From NCBI GenBank assembly GCA_963801165.1, contig CAWDDT010000004.1:704001-768000 (forward strand): DNA of 64,000 nucleotides. The letters are read 5' to 3'. Below the pieces are notes generated by a model. The model was not told the origin of the DNA. It saw only the letters and a list, made by a program, of their open reading frames with translations, and did not search any database. This document shows, one piece after another, positions 1 through 11,097 of this stretch (position 1 is its first letter; every line of letters starts with the position of its first letter). The stretch comes from an uncultured bacterium. GTDB taxonomy: Bacteria; Actinomycetota; Acidimicrobiia; Spongiisociales; UBA5794. The translations under genes and the position numbers were made by a program.

Positions 1-332
1 CATATACCGAGGGCGATGACTGCTTCCCCGACGAATAAAGGTGTTCCGGGGACGTGGACCCAGGCGAAGGCGTGATCGAACAGCATGTAGCCGGCGAGCA
101 CCACGAGCAGCGCCTTCTCGAGCCTGCGCATCTGGGGTGGCTCGGGCTTCAGGTATCGCTCGTCGGGAACAAGCAGCGGTGAGGAGCGCAGGGTGGCCAG
201 GTGCGGGGAGACGGCCGGGCGTAGGGCAACTGCGACCGCCCCGATGAAGGCGGCCACCGTGATCGCGATGACCAGCCACGATGTGCTGGCGACCTGTGCG
301 ATCAGTGATACGAAGGCTACGTTCGTCATCAT
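1..332 (-). CDS. N-terminal part of a membrane protein, probably O-antigen ligase/Wzy-like polymerase (runs off the window edge)
   Basis: Manual translation from ATG 332: MMTNVAFVSLIAQ...LLVVLAGYMLFDHAFAWVHVPGTPLFVGEAVIALG. Hydrophobic, GAGAG upstream, co-oriented downstream of the Wzc-like gene. Confidence 0.55.
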   Translation of the reverse strand, partial: MMTNVAFVSLIAQVASTSWLVIAITVAAFIGAVAVALRPAVSPHLATLRSSPLLVPDERYLKPEPPQMRRLEKALLVVLAGYMLFDHAFAWVHVPGTPLFVGEAVIALGI

Positions 333-440
333 CGTCTCTCACGCCGGCGGCGGGTGTCGACCCTTGCCTGGACGGCACCCGGGCAACTGTACCCCCGGGC
401 CGCTTCCCCTGTCCCCGACACCACACCCATTGTGAGGCTC

Positions 441-2207
441 CTATGCCGCAGTCTCGTCACGACCATTTGAGCCGCTTCGCCCCAGCATCTCGCGCCGGAG
501 CGGTGCGAAGTTGTAGACGTAGCCGAGCACGGGCACGCCGACGATGCTCAAATAGCGTTGCAGCTCCTCGGCGACGGAGATATCGCTGCGGTGGGCAACC
601 ACGATCATCACCCGATCGGCCAGCCGGACCACGGTTCCGCTGTGAGCGAGACGAAGTAACGGCGGGGCGTCTATCAGCACGAGATCGTACTCTTGCTCGA
701 TCTCGTGGATCAGGTTGGCCGCCTGGGTTGAGGCGAAGAACTCGGGGATGCGCGTCCCGTGAGTGCCCCGGCGGAACAGAGTGATGGATCCTCCCGGGGC
801 GCCTGTGATGTCGATGCCGACCTCGGCCAGCGAAGTCTCTCCGGCGACGACGTCGGTCAAACCGGGCCCGTCTGTGCCGTCGGGTACCAGCATCCTGGTG
901 AGGGCAGGGTTGACGAAGTCGGCATCAACCAATGCGATCCGGCGGCCGGATCGTGCGGCCGCAAATGCGGTGTTGGCGGTGACGGTGGTCTTCCCGTCGG
1001 CGAGGGTGGCGGAGGCGACCACGACGGACTTGAACGGGTTGTCCGTCGCGCTGTGCTGACGCAGCTCGATGCCGGTTGCCACAAACCGGAACGCCTCGGC
1101 CGCGGCAGATTGGGGGGCTTCGGTCGTGGGCAGCGACGTGGTCAGCTTCTCGTTCCCGAACACCGGAACATCGGCGATGAGACCGGTCTGCAGGATCGAC
1201 TGCGGCTCGCTTCGAGCGTGGAATCCCCTGCTCCGCCTTGCCAACGATTGGGCGACGATCGCCCCGAGGATGGCGCCGCCGAGTATGCCAAGCACAAGTA
1301 GTGCCACCGGGCTCGATGGATCCGCTGATTCGGCAGGAGAGGTGAACACGACGATGGTGCTTGCCAGCTCGGCATCGACTTCGAGCTGATCTCTGCGTTC
1401 TTGGAGAGCGCCGAGCCGTCCCCGGATCGCATCTTGCTGGGCCTGGAGTGTGGCCAGCTGGTCGGGATCCTTGAACGTCCCGAGTGCGATGTTGAGTATG
1501 TCGACCCGGCCCTTGAGCTCGTCGAGTTGAGCGTTCGCTTCGTCAATGACGGCCTGGTCGGAGGTCGCCGGTGGCTTCTCGAAGGTGAGCACCGCATCGA
1601 GCGCAGCCTGGAGCTGGTTCTCGATGTCGACCTGGTTGGGGTCGGGCTTTCGTAGCTCCGCGAGCAGGCCGCCGACCTGGTTCAGCTCGACGGTGCGCTC
1701 GCTGATAGAGGCGTCGAGCTGGGCGAGGGCGTCCTCGAACGTGCCCTGGGCGCCCTCGCTGCTCACAGCCTGGTAGGCGCTGGCGAGCTCATTGGCCGCG
1801 GCGATAGCGGTCTCCGCATCTGCATTGGAATAGGAGATCTGGAGCAGATCGGTCGCCGTCGCGATGCTGACTTTGATATTGCCGAGCATCTCGTTGACGT
1901 CGATCACGATCGGTGGGTCGTACGTGGCCAGCTGGGCGAGGGCCCGATCGGCAACGGTGCGTGACTTGGCGATCTCGACCTGATCGGCGACATACCGTTC
2001 CGGGCTCAGCTGGTTCTTGACCTCGAAGACGATCGAGCTGCGCGGGTCCTGAACCGCGAGGGTGCTGGTCGCGGTCCAGCTCTCGTTGGTGCTGGAGTAC
2101 CAAAACGCGAGCACCGTCGCCACTGTGGTCGTCGCCAGCACGAGCCACTTGTAGCGCCACGCCGCACCCAGCAGCGTGGGCTCCAGATTCAGGTTGACGG
2201 TCTCCAT
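441..2207 (-). CDS. Polysaccharide co-polymerase / BY-kinase-like protein (Wzz domain + CpsD/CapB ATPase)
   Basis: N-terminal TM helix, coiled-coil region, second TM, AEAFR, Walker A-like ATLADGKTT, LVDADF, VLIDAPP. Confidence 0.85.
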   Translation of the reverse strand: METVNLNLEPTLLGAAWRYKWLVLATTTVATVLAFWYSSTNESWTATSTLAVQDPRSSIVFEVKNQLSPERYVADQVEIAKSRTVADRALAQLATYDPPIVIDVNEMLGNIKVSIATATDLLQISYSNADAETAIAAANELASAYQAVSSEGAQGTFEDALAQLDASISERTVELNQVGGLLAELRKPDPNQVDIENQLQAALDAVLTFEKPPATSDQAVIDEANAQLDELKGRVDILNIALGTFKDPDQLATLQAQQDAIRGRLGALQERRDQLEVDAELASTIVVFTSPAESADPSSPVALLVLGILGGAILGAIVAQSLARRSRGFHARSEPQSILQTGLIADVPVFGNEKLTTSLPTTEAPQSAAAEAFRFVATGIELRQHSATDNPFKSVVVASATLADGKTTVTANTAFAAARSGRRIALVDADFVNPALTRMLVPDGTDGPGLTDVVAGETSLAEVGIDITGAPGGSITLFRRGTHGTRIPEFFASTQAANLIHEIEQEYDLVLIDAPPLLRLAHSGTVVRLADRVMIVVAHRSDISVAEELQRYLSIVGVPVLGYVYNFAPLRREMLGRSGSNGRDETAA

Positions 2208-2523
2208 TGGTTCTCTCAGATCGATGGACGAGCGAGCGTACTACGAACCTCAATTGAAGCTTCGGCCGTAACGTGAATCTGGTCAAGCCCCACTTGGCCG
2301 GATCGCACCGCTCATTGTCCCGCCCCGAACCGTATTCTCGCAGCAATAGCCAACGCATGACCAAGGCTGGGCCGCGACGGAACGCCTTATTCACCGGCGG
2401 GTGGTGCAGTCGCTTAGGATCAGCGGAGCCGTGGGCCAGAACCACGGGTCAGCAAGCCCAATAACGGGCGGGGGTTGGACCCGTCTTCAACATGAGGGTA
2501 GAAAACATGAGAGGTAGGCAAAG

Positions 2524-3546
2524 GTGAAGCTTCTGATTTTTGGTGCGGGCGGGTTCATCGGCTCGAACCTGGTCGAACATCTGATCGAGCAGGGTGAACA
2601 CGAGGTCGTCGGTCTTGACATCTCCAGCGAGAAGCTGGCCGGGATCGAGGGCCCGAACTTCAAGTTCATCAAGGGCAGCATCGGCGACGCCGACCTGGCC
2701 AATGAGCTGGTGGCGGATAGCGATGTGGTGGTGGACCTCATTGCCTATGCCAACCCCAGCATCTACGTCACATCGCCTCTCGATGTCGTCAACCTCAACT
2801 TCTTCGAGAACATGAAGATCCTCGAGTACTGCCTTTCTCACGAGAAGAGGCTCATCCAGTACTCGACGTCTGAGGTCTACGGCAAGCGCACCCGTGACGC
2901 GGAGTATTACGACGATACGTCCGATCTGGTCATGGGTCCCGTGCAGAAGCAGCGCTGGGTGTATGCGGCGTCCAAGCAGCTGCTCGAGCGCATCATCTAC
3001 GCGCACGGTCTCAAGGGCGATCTCGAATACTCGATCGTACGTCCCTTCAATTTCGTCGGCCCGCGGTTTGACTACATGGTTCCCGCCGGTACGAAGGGTG
3101 GGCCCCGCGTGTTCTCACACTTCCTGTCGGCGTTGTTCACCGGTGGACCGATTCACCTTGTCGACGGTGGCCAGCAGCACCGTTGCTTCACCCACATCAA
3201 GGACGCGTCCGAGGCATTCTCGACGATCCTCGAGCACCCGGGCGGCCAAAACGAGATCTTCAACATCGGCAACCCCGACACCAACGTCACGATGGAGCGT
3301 CTGGCTGAGATGATGCAGACGATCTACGGCGAGCTAACCGGCACCAAGCCGAAGAACGAGTTCATCGTCATCGATGGTGAGGCCTTCTACGGCAAGGGCT
3401 ACGAGGACATGGATCGGGTGCCGCCGAACGTCGACAAGCTGATGAGCCTCGGTTGGAAGCCGACGCGTGATCTCGACACGATCTTCCGCGAGGCGATCAA
3501 GTACTACGTGGACCGTCCCGAGCTCACCGCTGAGATCCTCGGCTGA
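2524..3546 (+). CDS. NAD-dependent UDP-glucuronate decarboxylase family (ArnA-DH / UDP-apiose-xylose synthase-like)
   Basis: GAGGFIG, STSEVYG, RWVYAASK (YxxxK), RPFNFVGPR, LVDGGQQHRCFT, FYGKGYED. GAGG upstream of GTG. Confidence 0.8.
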   Translation: MKLLIFGAGGFIGSNLVEHLIEQGEHEVVGLDISSEKLAGIEGPNFKFIKGSIGDADLANELVADSDVVVDLIAYANPSIYVTSPLDVVNLNFFENMKILEYCLSHEKRLIQYSTSEVYGKRTRDAEYYDDTSDLVMGPVQKQRWVYAASKQLLERIIYAHGLKGDLEYSIVRPFNFVGPRFDYMVPAGTKGGPRVFSHFLSALFTGGPIHLVDGGQQHRCFTHIKDASEAFSTILEHPGGQNEIFNIGNPDTNVTMERLAEMMQTIYGELTGTKPKNEFIVIDGEAFYGKGYEDMDRVPPNVDKLMSLGWKPTRDLDTIFREAIKYYVDRPELTAEILG

Positions 3547-3594
3547 TATTCCATTCGCCGGTCTGGGCTTTCCGGCGGGAGGAGGGGATGAATA

Positions 3595-6015
3595 GTGGGG
3601 AAGGGTAAGGCATACAGTGCGCGAGGGTGGGCGTGGGCAACCGGGCTCACCCTCGTCGCAACGCTGTTGGCGGCAACACCAGTAGCGTCACAAGCAGTCG
3701 AGGTTGGGTCGGGCGACAGCGTCATGCTCATCTACGCCCACCCGGACGACGACATCATCACTGCGGCGGGGATCGTCGAGGCCGCACACGCCGCCGGCAA
3801 CGAGGTCGACGTTGCATTCTTGACCAACGGCGATCGCTGCGATTCGCCGTCTCAGTACTACGAGGGCAGCTACTGCACAACCAACAGTATCCCGATGAAT
3901 CCGCCACCCTCAGGGGTGCGGCAGGACGAAGCCGTCGCTGCCGAGGGGTTGCTCGGCATCACCGAGAGTCATTTGATCTTCCTCGGGTATCCCAACGGGT
4001 TCCTTGCCGACATCCGGGCCTTCGACGCACCGAGTGACACGGAGTTGGTTCACACCCAGACGTATGCTTCGCGCGGTCTCGGGTCGACCGACTGGCACAA
4101 CTACCACTTTGGTGGGCACGGTCAGTACACCCGGGCCGACATGCTCACTGATGTCCAGAGTCTGATCGACTCTTACCGCCCGGATCACATATTTACGCAC
4201 TCGCCGTGGGATCGTCACAACGATCACTACACGACGTATCTGGAGATCGTGGAAGCGGTCAGCAACATCCAGGACTCCGATCCTTCGTATCAGCCGCTCA
4301 TCCACACGACAATCGTCCACGTCGAGGACGAGGCGTACTGGGGTATCTGGCCTGCGTCGGCCAACCCGGCGACCCCGGTCAACGAATACCCCTCGCTCAG
4401 CAGCGACACCGGCAACGAGCTGGTCTGGGATCAGCGTGAGAGCTTCGCTGTGCCCAATACCAGCCTGAAGTCGCAAGCCATCGAGGCCCACGAAAGCCAG
4501 GCCCCAGCGGATGGTGGCTTCATCAGGCGCTTCAACCACAGCGACGAGATCTTCTGGGTAGAGCGGCTCGACAAGGCGGAGGGGATACCCGACAGCTACA
4601 CCGTCGACGAGGGCGGCTTGCTGACCGTCTCGTCTTCTGGTGTGCTCGCCAACGACGTTCGCGGTGTCGATGTCCCGGTGTCGAACTCGATCAATCCGAG
4701 CCCGCTCGGTCCGATGACCGCTCAGCTCGTGTTGGGGTCGGGGCCGTCGCACGCCGGCTCGTTCCTCCTCGGATCTAATGGGTCCTTCACGTACACCCAC
4801 GACGGCGGCGAGACAACCAGTGACTCGTTTTCCTACCTTCCGGTGCAAGGCTCGACCGAAGGGCTGCCGACCACCGTCACCATCACGATAAACCCGGTGA
4901 ATGACGGGGGTCCGACCGCCGTCGGCGACAGCTACAGCCTCGACAACGGTGCAACTCTGAACGTGTCCACGGGTAACGGTGTGCTGAGCAACGACACCGA
5001 TCCGGACAACGACACGCTGACAGCCATCAAGGTGTCCAACCCGTCGCACGGCTCGTTGACTCTGAACAGCAACGGCTCGTTCACCTACACACACGATGGC
5101 TCGTCGACCACGAGCGACTCGTTCACCTACAAAGCCAGCGACGGGCAGTACAGCTCGGACACGGCAACCGTGTCGCTGTCGATCGGCGAGGCGCCACCGC
5201 CACCGCCTCCGCCGCCCGGCGATCTCCTCGACGTCACTGTCAACGGCCCGATCACCGGGACCACCGGCAGTTCGCAGACCTTCACCGCGGTTGTGACCGG
5301 GGGAGAGGGAACCAGGACCTATGCCTGGACGGCGCAACGCAACGGGTCGACCGTGTCTACCGGCAAGCTGACATCGTTTACCTTCTCCTCGGCAACCGCC
5401 GGTGACTACACCGTCGGGCTCACGGTGACCGATTCGTCGGGTTCGGCAGGTGACACGCACGATTTGAAGCTGCTCGGCGACATCGCCGTTTCGCCGTTCG
5501 CCTCCGACATCATCTGGCTCGCCGATTCGGGAATAACCCAGGGCTGCAACCCGCCCACAAACGATCAGTATTGCCCCAACGATCGTGTGACCCGGGGACA
5601 GATGGCGGCGTTCCTGGTCCGGTTCCTCGGTCTCACGAACGTGGACCCTGGCATCGCTTTCGATGACATCGGAGGCACCGTTTTCGAGAGCAACATCTTG
5701 AAGATGGCGACGGCAGGCATCACCAAAGGCTGCAACCCGCCGGCCAACGACGAGTTCTGCCCCAACGACAACGTGACTCGTGGCCAGATGGCCGCGTTCC
5801 TGGTACGGGCGCTCAGTCTCACCGACATCGACACCAGCATCGGCTTTGTCGACACCGGCAGCTCCGTGTTCGAGACGAACATCCTGAAGCTGGCGACCGC
5901 TGGTATCACCAGAGGTTGTAACCCGCCCGCGAATGACCGTTTCTGTCCCAACGACTACGTGACTCGCGGTCAGATGGCGGCATTCCTGCACCGTGCCGAT
6001 GGACTGGTCAACTAG
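3595..6015 (+). CDS. Secreted PIG-L family de-N-acetylase with Ig/cadherin-like repeats, PKD domain and three SLH-like repeats
   Basis: Signal peptide; AHPDDD and HNDH metal motifs; two 'GVLxND...NGSFTYTH' Ig-like repeats; poly-Pro linker; 3x GITxGCNPPxNDxxCPNDxVTRGQMAAFL. Confidence 0.85.
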   Translation: MGKGKAYSARGWAWATGLTLVATLLAATPVASQAVEVGSGDSVMLIYAHPDDDIITAAGIVEAAHAAGNEVDVAFLTNGDRCDSPSQYYEGSYCTTNSIPMNPPPSGVRQDEAVAAEGLLGITESHLIFLGYPNGFLADIRAFDAPSDTELVHTQTYASRGLGSTDWHNYHFGGHGQYTRADMLTDVQSLIDSYRPDHIFTHSPWDRHNDHYTTYLEIVEAVSNIQDSDPSYQPLIHTTIVHVEDEAYWGIWPASANPATPVNEYPSLSSDTGNELVWDQRESFAVPNTSLKSQAIEAHESQAPADGGFIRRFNHSDEIFWVERLDKAEGIPDSYTVDEGGLLTVSSSGVLANDVRGVDVPVSNSINPSPLGPMTAQLVLGSGPSHAGSFLLGSNGSFTYTHDGGETTSDSFSYLPVQGSTEGLPTTVTITINPVNDGGPTAVGDSYSLDNGATLNVSTGNGVLSNDTDPDNDTLTAIKVSNPSHGSLTLNSNGSFTYTHDGSSTTSDSFTYKASDGQYSSDTATVSLSIGEAPPPPPPPPGDLLDVTVNGPITGTTGSSQTFTAVVTGGEGTRTYAWTAQRNGSTVSTGKLTSFTFSSATAGDYTVGLTVTDSSGSAGDTHDLKLLGDIAVSPFASDIIWLADSGITQGCNPPTNDQYCPNDRVTRGQMAAFLVRFLGLTNVDPGIAFDDIGGTVFESNILKMATAGITKGCNPPANDEFCPNDNVTRGQMAAFLVRALSLTDIDTSIGFVDTGSSVFETNILKLATAGITRGCNPPANDRFCPNDYVTRGQMAAFLHRADGLVN

Positions 6016-6182
6016 CCAGCTTTGCCTGAAGAATGTATCAGCGCTGGCATGACCAGCGGCAGGAGGATGCACCACGGCTGGTGATGTCCTGTGAGCCGTG
6101 GGCGACGGGCGATCTCGGCACTCTGTAGGTCTGTAGGCTTGTTTTACCGGTAGGAATTCTTGTGGTCGAGAGAGGATCAATG

Positions 6183-8205
6183 ATGGCTCTTGGTGGCGTC
6201 AACGTGCGCCGAACTCTTCAGTTGCTCTTGGCTGTGGTGCTCGTGTTCGGGGCAACCTCGGTGATTGCATCTCAGACAGCGGACGCCTCTTTCCCTGGCG
6301 GCAACCAGTGGATAGCCTTTGTCGGTGACGGCGACCTCTGGGTGATCAATGCGGATGGAACCAACCTGACCCAGCTGACAACCAACGGTCTGAACCAGAC
6401 CGAGGCCGATCCCGTGTTCTCCGCCGACGGGAACCGGCTTGCATATGCCCTCGACCCGGGGTCCGGTGACTCTGCTGTCTACGTGGCCGACTTCCTGAAC
6501 GGGAACACGTCGTCGCCTTCACTCGGTGCCCCCACGCAGATATCTGCCGGCCCGATTGATGGTGCTCCCACCTGGTCGCCCGACGGGACTCAGGTGGCCT
6601 ACCAGCGGCGCGCCCTGGTTGCGACCGGTACCGCGACAAGTGCTGATGCGGCCGGGGTGACTCTCACCGACACGGCTGCGACTTTTGTCACCGACGGTGT
6701 CGCCGCGGGCGACCTGGTGACCAACACCAGTGATGGTTTCTCGAACGGTGTTGTCGCATCGGTTGGGAGTGAGACCCAGGTGACTCTCGTCGCCAAGCTG
6801 GCGGGGGGGACGGTGAACGATTGGGGCGTGGGCGACGCGTACATCATCCGCCGCCCGAATCGACAGGTCTTCAAGTCACCAGCCAATGGGTCGAACAAGG
6901 CCGGAACACGCTTGAGCCCGGCGGGTTCGGATACCTCCTACACCGATGAGAGCCCGGCGTGGTCGCCCGACGGCACCAAGATCGCGTTCGTCTCGACGCA
7001 GGACAATGCAAACTCCGATATCCTCAAGATGAACCCCGACGGCTCGGGCCGTTCGAACCTGACCACTGCCGGAACGCTGGATGCGGTGGCGAGCAGCCCG
7101 TCGTGGTCGCCGGACGGAGCCCGCATCGCCTTCCAGACATCCGAGGCGGCGGGCCAGCCATCAGCCAACAACGAGAACATTTGGACGATCACGGCTGCCG
7201 GCGCCGGCGAGCAGCAGGTCACCGCCAGCACGGACAACGAGGTCGAGCCGGCATGGTCTCCGGACGGCGATCTGATCGCCTATCGCAGAGCCGACACCGG
7301 CGGCGACAAGCTGTTCGCGATCGCGTCGGACGGCTCGGGCTCGGCAGCCCGCATCGGCAGCGCGTCGGTGCCCACGACAAACGGCGCTCCCGACTGGCGC
7401 CCGGGCCCTGAGAACCCGCCGGTGGTGACCGTCGCAGGCCCTGCTTTCGGCGCTCCCGGTCTGAAGGCGTCTTTCAGTTCGACGGTCACCGACGGATCCG
7501 GTTCGCGGACGTACGCGTGGTCGGTGACGCGAGGCAGTTCAGAGGTTGCCAGCGGTACCGCAGCTACGCTCGATTTCACTCCGGTCGCAACCGGGGCATA
7601 CACCGTTTCGCTGACGGTGACCGACGAAGTCGGAACCGACACCGATGTCTTCGACTTCACGGTGATGATCGACATCAGCTCGAGTGTCTTTGTCGGAGAT
7701 ATCGTGTGGCTGGCCAACGAGGGGATCACCAAGGGTTGTAACCCTCCGACGAATGATCAGTACTGCCCGAACGACAACGTGACTCGTGGTCAGATGGCGG
7801 CGTTCCTGGTCCGGTTCCTTGGTCTGACCGATGACGGCGGTGGGAACCTGTTCACCGACGACAACGGTTCGGTGTTCGAGCACAACATCGATATCCTGGC
7901 GACGGCGGGGATCACCAAGGGTTGTAACCCTCCCGCCAATGATCAGTATCTGCCCGAACGACAATGTCACCCGTGGTCAGATGGCGGCGTTCCTGGTGCG
8001 GGCGCTTGGTCTGACCGATGATGGCGGTGGCAACCTGTTCACCGATGACAACGGCTTGGTGTTCGAGCACAACATCGACATCCTGGCGACGGCGGGGATC
8101 ACCAAGGGCTGTAACGCAGCCGGTGACCAGTTCTGCCCGAACGACTTCGTCACCCGTGGTCAGATGGCAGCATTCCTCCACCGGGCCGATGGACTATTCG
8201 GTTAG
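6183..8205 (+). CDS. SLH-anchored surface protein with TolB-like (PD40) beta-propeller and PKD domain; single frameshift at about 7950
   Basis: Multiple PxWSPDG repeats and C-terminal SLH-like repeats. ORFs 6162-8021 and 7831-8205 join if one base of 'cagtatctgc' is removed (paralogous repeats read cagtattgc or cagtactgc). Confidence 0.8.
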
Positions 8206-8372
8206 CTAGATCTACCTAAGAACGGATCAGCACTAGCTTGGGTGGGCCATCGGCTCGAACACGCAACGTGGCCGGTGATATGCTGTGAGCGGTGGGCCGG
8301 GCGTGTGGTCTCGACACTCTGTACGCTTGTTCTGCCGGTAGGTAAATCTTGTAGTCGATAGAGGGATCAATC

Positions 8373-11018
8373 ATGACTCTTGGTGGCGTCAATGTGCGCC
8401 GGACTCTTCAGTTGCTCTTGGCTGTGGTGCTTCTTTTCGGAGCAACCTCAGTGATTGCATCTCAGAGCGCGGAAGCCGCCTACCCGGGCGGTAACAATTG
8501 GATAGTTTTTGTAGACAACACTGGTACCACGAACGATATCTGGGTGATCGGTGCGGACGGCTCCGACCTGACTCAGCTGACGACTGACGTGCTGGCCAGA
8601 ATCAGGCCGACCCGGTGTTCTCGGCCGACGGCAGCCAGATCGCATACACCCTCGATCCCGGAACGGCGCCTCGGCCGATCTACATCGCCGACTTTCTCAA
8701 CGGTGACACCGCGTCACCGTCGTTCGGCACGGCGACCCAGGTGTCGGCAGGTCCGATCGATGGGTCGCCGACGTGGTCACCCGATGGCGGCTAGTCGCCT
8801 ATCAGCGCCGGAGCTCGAGTCGCACGGGCACGGCGACTGCCGACCCGACGCCGGTGGCGTGACTCTCACCGACTCGCGCCGGGCTTCGTTCACGACGAGC
8901 GACGGGTTGCGGTTGGCGACCTCGTGACAAACACCACCGACAGCTCGTCAGGGACGGTTGTGTCTGTTGATAGCGCTACGCAACATCACGATGACTGCAG
9001 TTGATGAGCCGGTGTGACCAGCAGCCGACGAACGTGGACCACTGGCGATGCATACACCATCCGGCAGCAACAATCGCCAGATCTTCAAGTCGCCGACGAC
9101 CGGTTCCGATCTGACCGGCACGTTGCTGAGCCAGCCGAACTCGGATCTCTCCTATACCGATGAGCAGCCGGCGTGGTCGCCCGATGGCACCAAGATCGCG
9201 TTCATCTCGACCGCAGGACGGCAGAACTCCGACATCCTCACGATGAACGCGACCAATGGCATCGAGCCGGAGCAACCTGACCGACAGCTGGGACCCAGGA
9301 CGCAGTGGCCAGTAACCCGGCATGGTCGCCGGATGGTGCCCGCATTGCGTTCCAGACCGCCGAGGAGGTGGGCCAGCCGTCAGCAGCCAGCGATCGAACA
9401 TCTGGACGATCACCGCCGCCGGTGCCAGACGAGCAAATGATCATCAGCAGCGCCGACAACGAGGTCGAGCCGGCATGGTCGCCCGACGGGACGTTGATCG
9501 CCTTCCGCAATGTCCGACACCGGCGGTGACAAGCTCTACGCAATCGCATCCGACGGCTCCGAGCTCGGCGGCCCGCATCGGCAGTGCTGTCCGTTCCAGC
9601 GACGAATAACGCTCCAGACTGGCAGCCGGTGCTCAAGGGCGTAGCCGATACGGCCACGGTCGCCGAGCACGGTTCGATCAACATTGACGTTCTCGCCAAC
9701 GACCTGACCCTCGCCGATGCGTGTGGGAACCCCCACCACATCATCAACGCTGGTCGTGTCACCAACCAAGGGCCTCACCGTCCGGCAGGGTGACGGGTCA
9801 TTCACGTATACCCACACAGGTGCGGAGATCGGCACCTCGTCGACGACGGACACCTTCACGTACACGGTGACCCAGGGCTCGTCGTCATCGACCGCGGTGG
9901 TCACGGTCACCATCAACCCGGTGGACGACGACCCGGTTGCAGTTGCGGACTCGTACAACGTTGGGCACGGAGCCACGCTCGTCGTGTCTTCGGCGGATGG
10001 AGTGCTGGGCAACGACAGCGACCCTGAGGGGCTCGCCATCACCGCCCAACTCGGCACAGATGTCACCAAGGGCACCCTGACTCTGAACGCCAACGGATCG
10101 TTCACCTATACAAACGATGGCTCGGTGTCAGGGGCGACGACGGACTCGTTCACGTACATGGCCAAGGACCCGGGTGGCAACACGTCGAGCCCGGCCACCG
10201 TCACGCTCAACGTGGCGGACGAGAACGCGGCTCCGCCGGTGGTGACTGTTGCTGGACCGGAGTTCGGGGCTACCGGGGTGAAGGCGTCGTTTGGGTCGAC
10301 CGTTACCGATGGTGCGGGAGCGAAGACGTACGCCTGGTCGGTGAAGCTCGGGAGCTCCCAGGTTGCGACGGGAACGGCGGCGACGCTCGACTTCACGCCG
10401 AGCGCCACCGGGGCATACACCGTCTCGCTCACCGTTACCGACGACGCGGGCACCGATACCGACACGGTCGACTTCACGGTGATGACCGACATCAACTCGA
10501 GCATCTTTGTCAACGACATCGTGTGGCTGGCCAACGAGGGGATCACCAAGGGTTGTAACCCTCCGACGAATGATCAGTACTGCCCGAACGACAACGTGAC
10601 TCGTGGTCAGATGGCGGCGTTCCTGGTCCGGTTCCTCGGTCTGACCGATGACGGCGGCGGGAACCTGTTCACCGACGACAACGGTTCGGTGTTCGAGCAC
10701 AACATCGACATCCTGGCGACGGCGGGGATCACAAAGGGTTGTAACCCTCCTGCCAATGATCAGTATTGCCCGAACGACAACGTGACTCGTGGTCAGATGG
10801 CGGCGTTCCTGGTACGGGCGCTCGGTCTGACCGATGACGGCGGTGGCAACCTGTTCACCGATGACAACGGCTTGGTGTTCGAGCACAACATCGACATCCT
10901 GGCGACGGCGGGTATCACCAAGGGCTGTAACGCAGCCGGTGACCAGTTCTGCCCGAACGACTTCGTCACCCGCGGTCAGATGGCAGCGTTCCTCCACAGG
11001 GCTGCTGGCCTGAAGTAG
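8373..11018 (+). pseudogene. Paralogous PD40/Ig/PKD/SLH surface protein gene with multiple frameshifts (pseudogene or assembly errors)
   Basis: 5' UTR and signal peptide match the 6183 gene; WSPDG segments are scattered over different frames in 8590-9720; intact Ig-PKD-SLH frame at 9717-11018. Confidence 0.7.
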
Positions 11019-11042
11019 GTGGCCTCCAGGTGAGGTCGAAAG

Positions 11043-11072
11043 GGGTGGGCTCCGGTTTACCGGAGCCCACCC
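11043..11072 (+). terminator. Perfect GC-rich hairpin after the SLH gene array
   Basis: GGGTGGGCTCCGG-TTTA-CCGGAGCCCACCC, 13-bp stem, no long U tract. Confidence 0.65.
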
Positions 11073-11097
11073 TCAAATCGGGGGAGATGAGGGAGAT

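Noticed and set aside
3910-6180. 756-aa antisense ORF (likewise 48265-50343, 54535-55557 and similar)
   Set aside because: Shadow frames of high-GC genes with clear sense-strand products and no motifs of their own.
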